Assembly: GCA_963667665.2 (NCBI GenBank)
Contig: OY763927.2
Span: 576,001-640,000 of the forward strand
DNA: 64,000 nt
Direction: 5' to 3'
Source: Nitrosopumilus sp.
Lineage (GTDB): Archaea; Thermoproteota; Nitrososphaeria; Nitrososphaerales; Nitrosopumilaceae
Shown here piece by piece: positions 61,448 to 64,000 of this stretch. Both the position numbers and the translations under genes were made by a program. Under the pieces are notes generated by a model. That model was given only the letters and a program-made list of their open reading frames with translations. It ran no database searches and was not told where the DNA came from. Each line of letters starts with the position of its first letter. Within the stretch, counting starts at the first letter, position 1.

Positions 61448-62593
61448 ATGTTGACAAAGATCCTCGGAATTATCGGCGGTGGACAACTGGGAATGATGAT
61501 TACAGAGGCAGCACAGAAAATGCCAGAACACATATCAGAAATTATAGTATTAGATCCCACTGAAAACTGTCCTGCAGCACAAGTTGGTGCTGAGCAAATT
61601 GTAGCTGATTTTAAAGATAAAGATGCAATTGTAGATTTAGCAAATAAATCAGATATAATTACTTATGAAATTGAATCTGGAGACAGTGATGTTTTAAAAT
61701 CTGTCGAAAAAAATGCAGAGATAAATCCTTCTCCAGAAACATTAAAAATCATTCAAGATAAATTTTTACAAAAATCTTTTCTGATGGAAAATAATATTCC
61801 AATTCCTGATTTTATCAAAATAGAAAAAATTGAAGATGTTAAAGATGGGTTAAAAAATTTTGGATTTCCCTCATTACTAAAAGCAAGAAGAGATGCATAT
61901 GATGGCCGAGGTAATTTTAAAATTAATTCAGAAGATGAAATTCAGAAAGCATTTGATTATTTCCGAGGACAAAATCTGTTGTTGGAAAAATTTATTTCAT
62001 TTAAAATGGAAGTATCTGTAATTGCATCACGAAACACTAAAGGCCAAATCAAAACATATCCACTAGTTGAAAATATTCATGAAGAGTATATTCTACGTGA
62101 AACAATAGCTCCTGCTAGAGTTACAAAGGAAATTACACAAAAAGCTGAACAAATTGCAGAAAAAATAATGATGGTTCTTAAAGGATCTGGTACATTTGGA
62201 ATAGAAATGTTTGTAACTCAGGATAACAACATTGTGATTAATGAAATTGCACCTAGAGTTCACAATTCAGGTCATCACACATTACAATCAAGTGAGACTT
62301 CTCAGTTTGAACAACATCTCAGAGCAATTTTAGGTTTAGAACTTGGAAGTACTAAACTAATCCACAATACCATAATGTACAATATTTTAGGAACAAAAGA
62401 ATTTGAAGGGGAATACCAATCACTTGATATTTCAAATGAAAATTTATTTTTGAAAATGTATGGTAAAAAAATATCAAAACCATTAAGAAAACTAGGACAT
62501 TTCAATCTAGTTGGAACAAAAGGAGAATCAATTGAACAGCTTTTAGAGGAATTAGAGACACTAAAAGAAAAAACAGTTGTTCTGTCAGTCTAA
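61448..62593 (+). CDS. purK: N5-CAIR synthetase
   Basis: GGGQLG.M, YDGRG, NEIAPRVHNSGH and RKLGH motifs. Confidence 0.96.
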   Translation: MLTKILGIIGGGQLGMMITEAAQKMPEHISEIIVLDPTENCPAAQVGAEQIVADFKDKDAIVDLANKSDIITYEIESGDSDVLKSVEKNAEINPSPETLKIIQDKFLQKSFLMENNIPIPDFIKIEKIEDVKDGLKNFGFPSLLKARRDAYDGRGNFKINSEDEIQKAFDYFRGQNLLLEKFISFKMEVSVIASRNTKGQIKTYPLVENIHEEYILRETIAPARVTKEITQKAEQIAEKIMMVLKGSGTFGIEMFVTQDNNIVINEIAPRVHNSGHHTLQSSETSQFEQHLRAILGLELGSTKLIHNTIMYNILGTKEFEGEYQSLDISNENLFLKMYGKKISKPLRKLGHFNLVGTKGESIEQLLEELETLKEKTVVLSV

Positions 62594-62627
62594 TTAGATT
62601 TATTAATTGTTGAAATTTTGATTTAGT

Positions 62628-63020
62628 ATGGCTAAAACAGTATCTTTGATAATTACGGGTATCGCAATTATTTTACTTTTAATTTATGCAGCAGATCTTG
62701 CAATAGGATATAGTTCTGATGATGGAGAAGGTTTCATTCCATTTGATCATAAAACAAGAGGTATGGGACTAGGTCTTCCAGCAATGATATTACCAATTGT
62801 TGCATATTTTATTTCAAGAAAAGAGCCATCAAAAGGTCTTGGGATTTTAATAATTATTTCAGGTATATTGATCATTACTGGAGGAGCAGTGGTTATTGGA
62901 AATGCAGATCCTGTAAAAGCAGAAGAAACTGGAAGAAATGTGCTTTCTGAAACTATGCCAATAATTATTGCAGGATTGATACAAATTGGCTTAGGTATAC
63001 TTAAAATCAAAAAATCCTAA
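62628..63020 (+). CDS. Four-TM membrane protein
   Basis: Four hydrophobic helices. Confidence 0.75.
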   Translation: MAKTVSLIITGIAIILLLIYAADLAIGYSSDDGEGFIPFDHKTRGMGLGLPAMILPIVAYFISRKEPSKGLGILIIISGILIITGGAVVIGNADPVKAEETGRNVLSETMPIIIAGLIQIGLGILKIKKS

Positions 63021-63030
63021 ATGATTGACA

Positions 63031-63156
63031 TTGCCTACTTGTGTCAAATGCAATAATGATGTAAAAAAAGTTTATGATTGCGACCATACGGATTTTGAGG
63101 AATATTGTGTAGAGTGCTATACAGAATTACATTACTATTTGACAGAAAAGGAATGA
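63031..63156 (+). CDS. 41-aa Cys-rich zinc-finger microprotein (not in ORF track)
   Basis: MPTCVKC..YDCDHT...YCVECY. Confidence 0.65.
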   Translation: MPTCVKCNNDVKKVYDCDHTDFEEYCVECYTELHYYLTEKE

Positions 63157-63160
63157 GCAT

Positions 63161-63388
63161 ATGTTAACTGACAGAGAAATTGCAATTTACGCCTTAGGAA
63201 AAACAGAAGGAGTCAATTCAGTAGCTGAGACATTGGGAAAAGGTCTTGATGACAAAAAATACATAGAATCTTGGAAAAAAATCATGAAACTTTTAGGAAT
63301 CGAATTACCACTAAAAGATCTTGAAAAGATCTATAACGAATTTTCACAAAAAATGGATGATGTAGTTAATGCTAACGAAATAAAATAA
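63161..63388 (+). CDS. Conserved hypothetical protein
   Basis: 75-aa ORF. Confidence 0.65.
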   Translation: MLTDREIAIYALGKTEGVNSVAETLGKGLDDKKYIESWKKIMKLLGIELPLKDLEKIYNEFSQKMDDVVNANEIK

Positions 63389-63479
63389 CTCTCATCAAAG
63401 AATGATTAATTGATGAATTTTATTAGATATCTACTAAATTTGAAAATTTTCATATACTCCAAAAATTAGACAATGGTAA

Positions 63480-64000
63480 TTGAAAGCAATAATTTTAGCT
63501 GGTGGGCGAGGTAAAAGATTAAGCCCAATTACAGATTATGTTCCAAAACCTCTCATTCCAATAAAAAACACACCAATTATTGAATGGCAGATAAAATATC
63601 TAAAAAAATATGGGGTTAATGAAGTAATTATCTGTACAAGTTACAAAACAAAAATGATTGAAAATTATTTATCTATGAAAAATATTGATATTAAAATAAA
63701 ATTCTCAATTGAAAAATTACCATTAGGTACAGGTGGTGCAATTAAAAAAGCAGGAAAAATGATTAAAGACAAATCATTTTTTGTAATTAATGGAGATGTA
63801 ATTACAAATATTGATTTAAGAAAACTCTCCAAAAAACCAAATTCCATAGCATCAATTGAATTACGAACTAAATTTGGCACGTTAGAAACGAATGGAAATA
63901 AAATATCAAAATTTAGAGAAAAAAAAGAGATTTCAAATTTGTGGATGAATGCCGGCATATATTATCTTCAAAAAGAAATACTCAAGGATTTACCAAATAA
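63480..64000 (+). CDS. Sugar-phosphate nucleotidyltransferase (runs off the window)
   Basis: KAIILAGG.GKRL.P.T..PKPL, LGTGGA and NGD motifs. Confidence 0.92.
   Translation, partial: MKAIILAGGRGKRLSPITDYVPKPLIPIKNTPIIEWQIKYLKKYGVNEVIICTSYKTKMIENYLSMKNIDIKIKFSIEKLPLGTGGAIKKAGKMIKDKSFFVINGDVITNIDLRKLSKKPNSIASIELRTKFGTLETNGNKISKFREKKEISNLWMNAGIYYLQKEILKDLPN

Noticed and set aside
42060-64000. Numerous antisense ORFs inside core genes (e.g. 43934-44371, 51342-51728, 63665-63958)
   Set aside because: Shadows of well-supported genes on the opposite strand

Overview
AT-rich archaeal chromosomal window. Gene content (aRF1, PurP, ND-AspRS-GatCAB, CbtAB, PhnDCE, WIKxNAGWW and SPxQQ..C..C surface modules) points to a Nitrosopumilus-like ammonia-oxidising Nitrososphaerota. 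(1) About 2-23 kb is a degraded accessory island. It is a mosaic of truncated genes fused end to end (secreted proteins, S1 proteases, D5/P4-type primase, DNA methylase, IS5 and IS6 transposases, DUF488), plus intact HicAB, matrixin and HEPN genes. Several breakpoints between 12.5 and 16.7 kb coincide with copies of one unannotated 23-bp motif (GGTTCTGGTAAATTCTGGTGATC). It forms 47-bp hairpins, a ~170-bp MITE-like unit and a perfect 166-bp inverted repeat, and is the strongest candidate for an undescribed mobile or recombination system. (2) About 23.5-36 kb and 42-64 kb are mostly intact core genes, with a few unusual regulatory signals and non-canonical starts. (3) About 36-42 kb is a second island with DUF5131/TcmP, HEPN, a split ClpP-fold protease and an interrupted tyrosine integrase. 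All product calls come from motif recognition by eye; no database searches were run.
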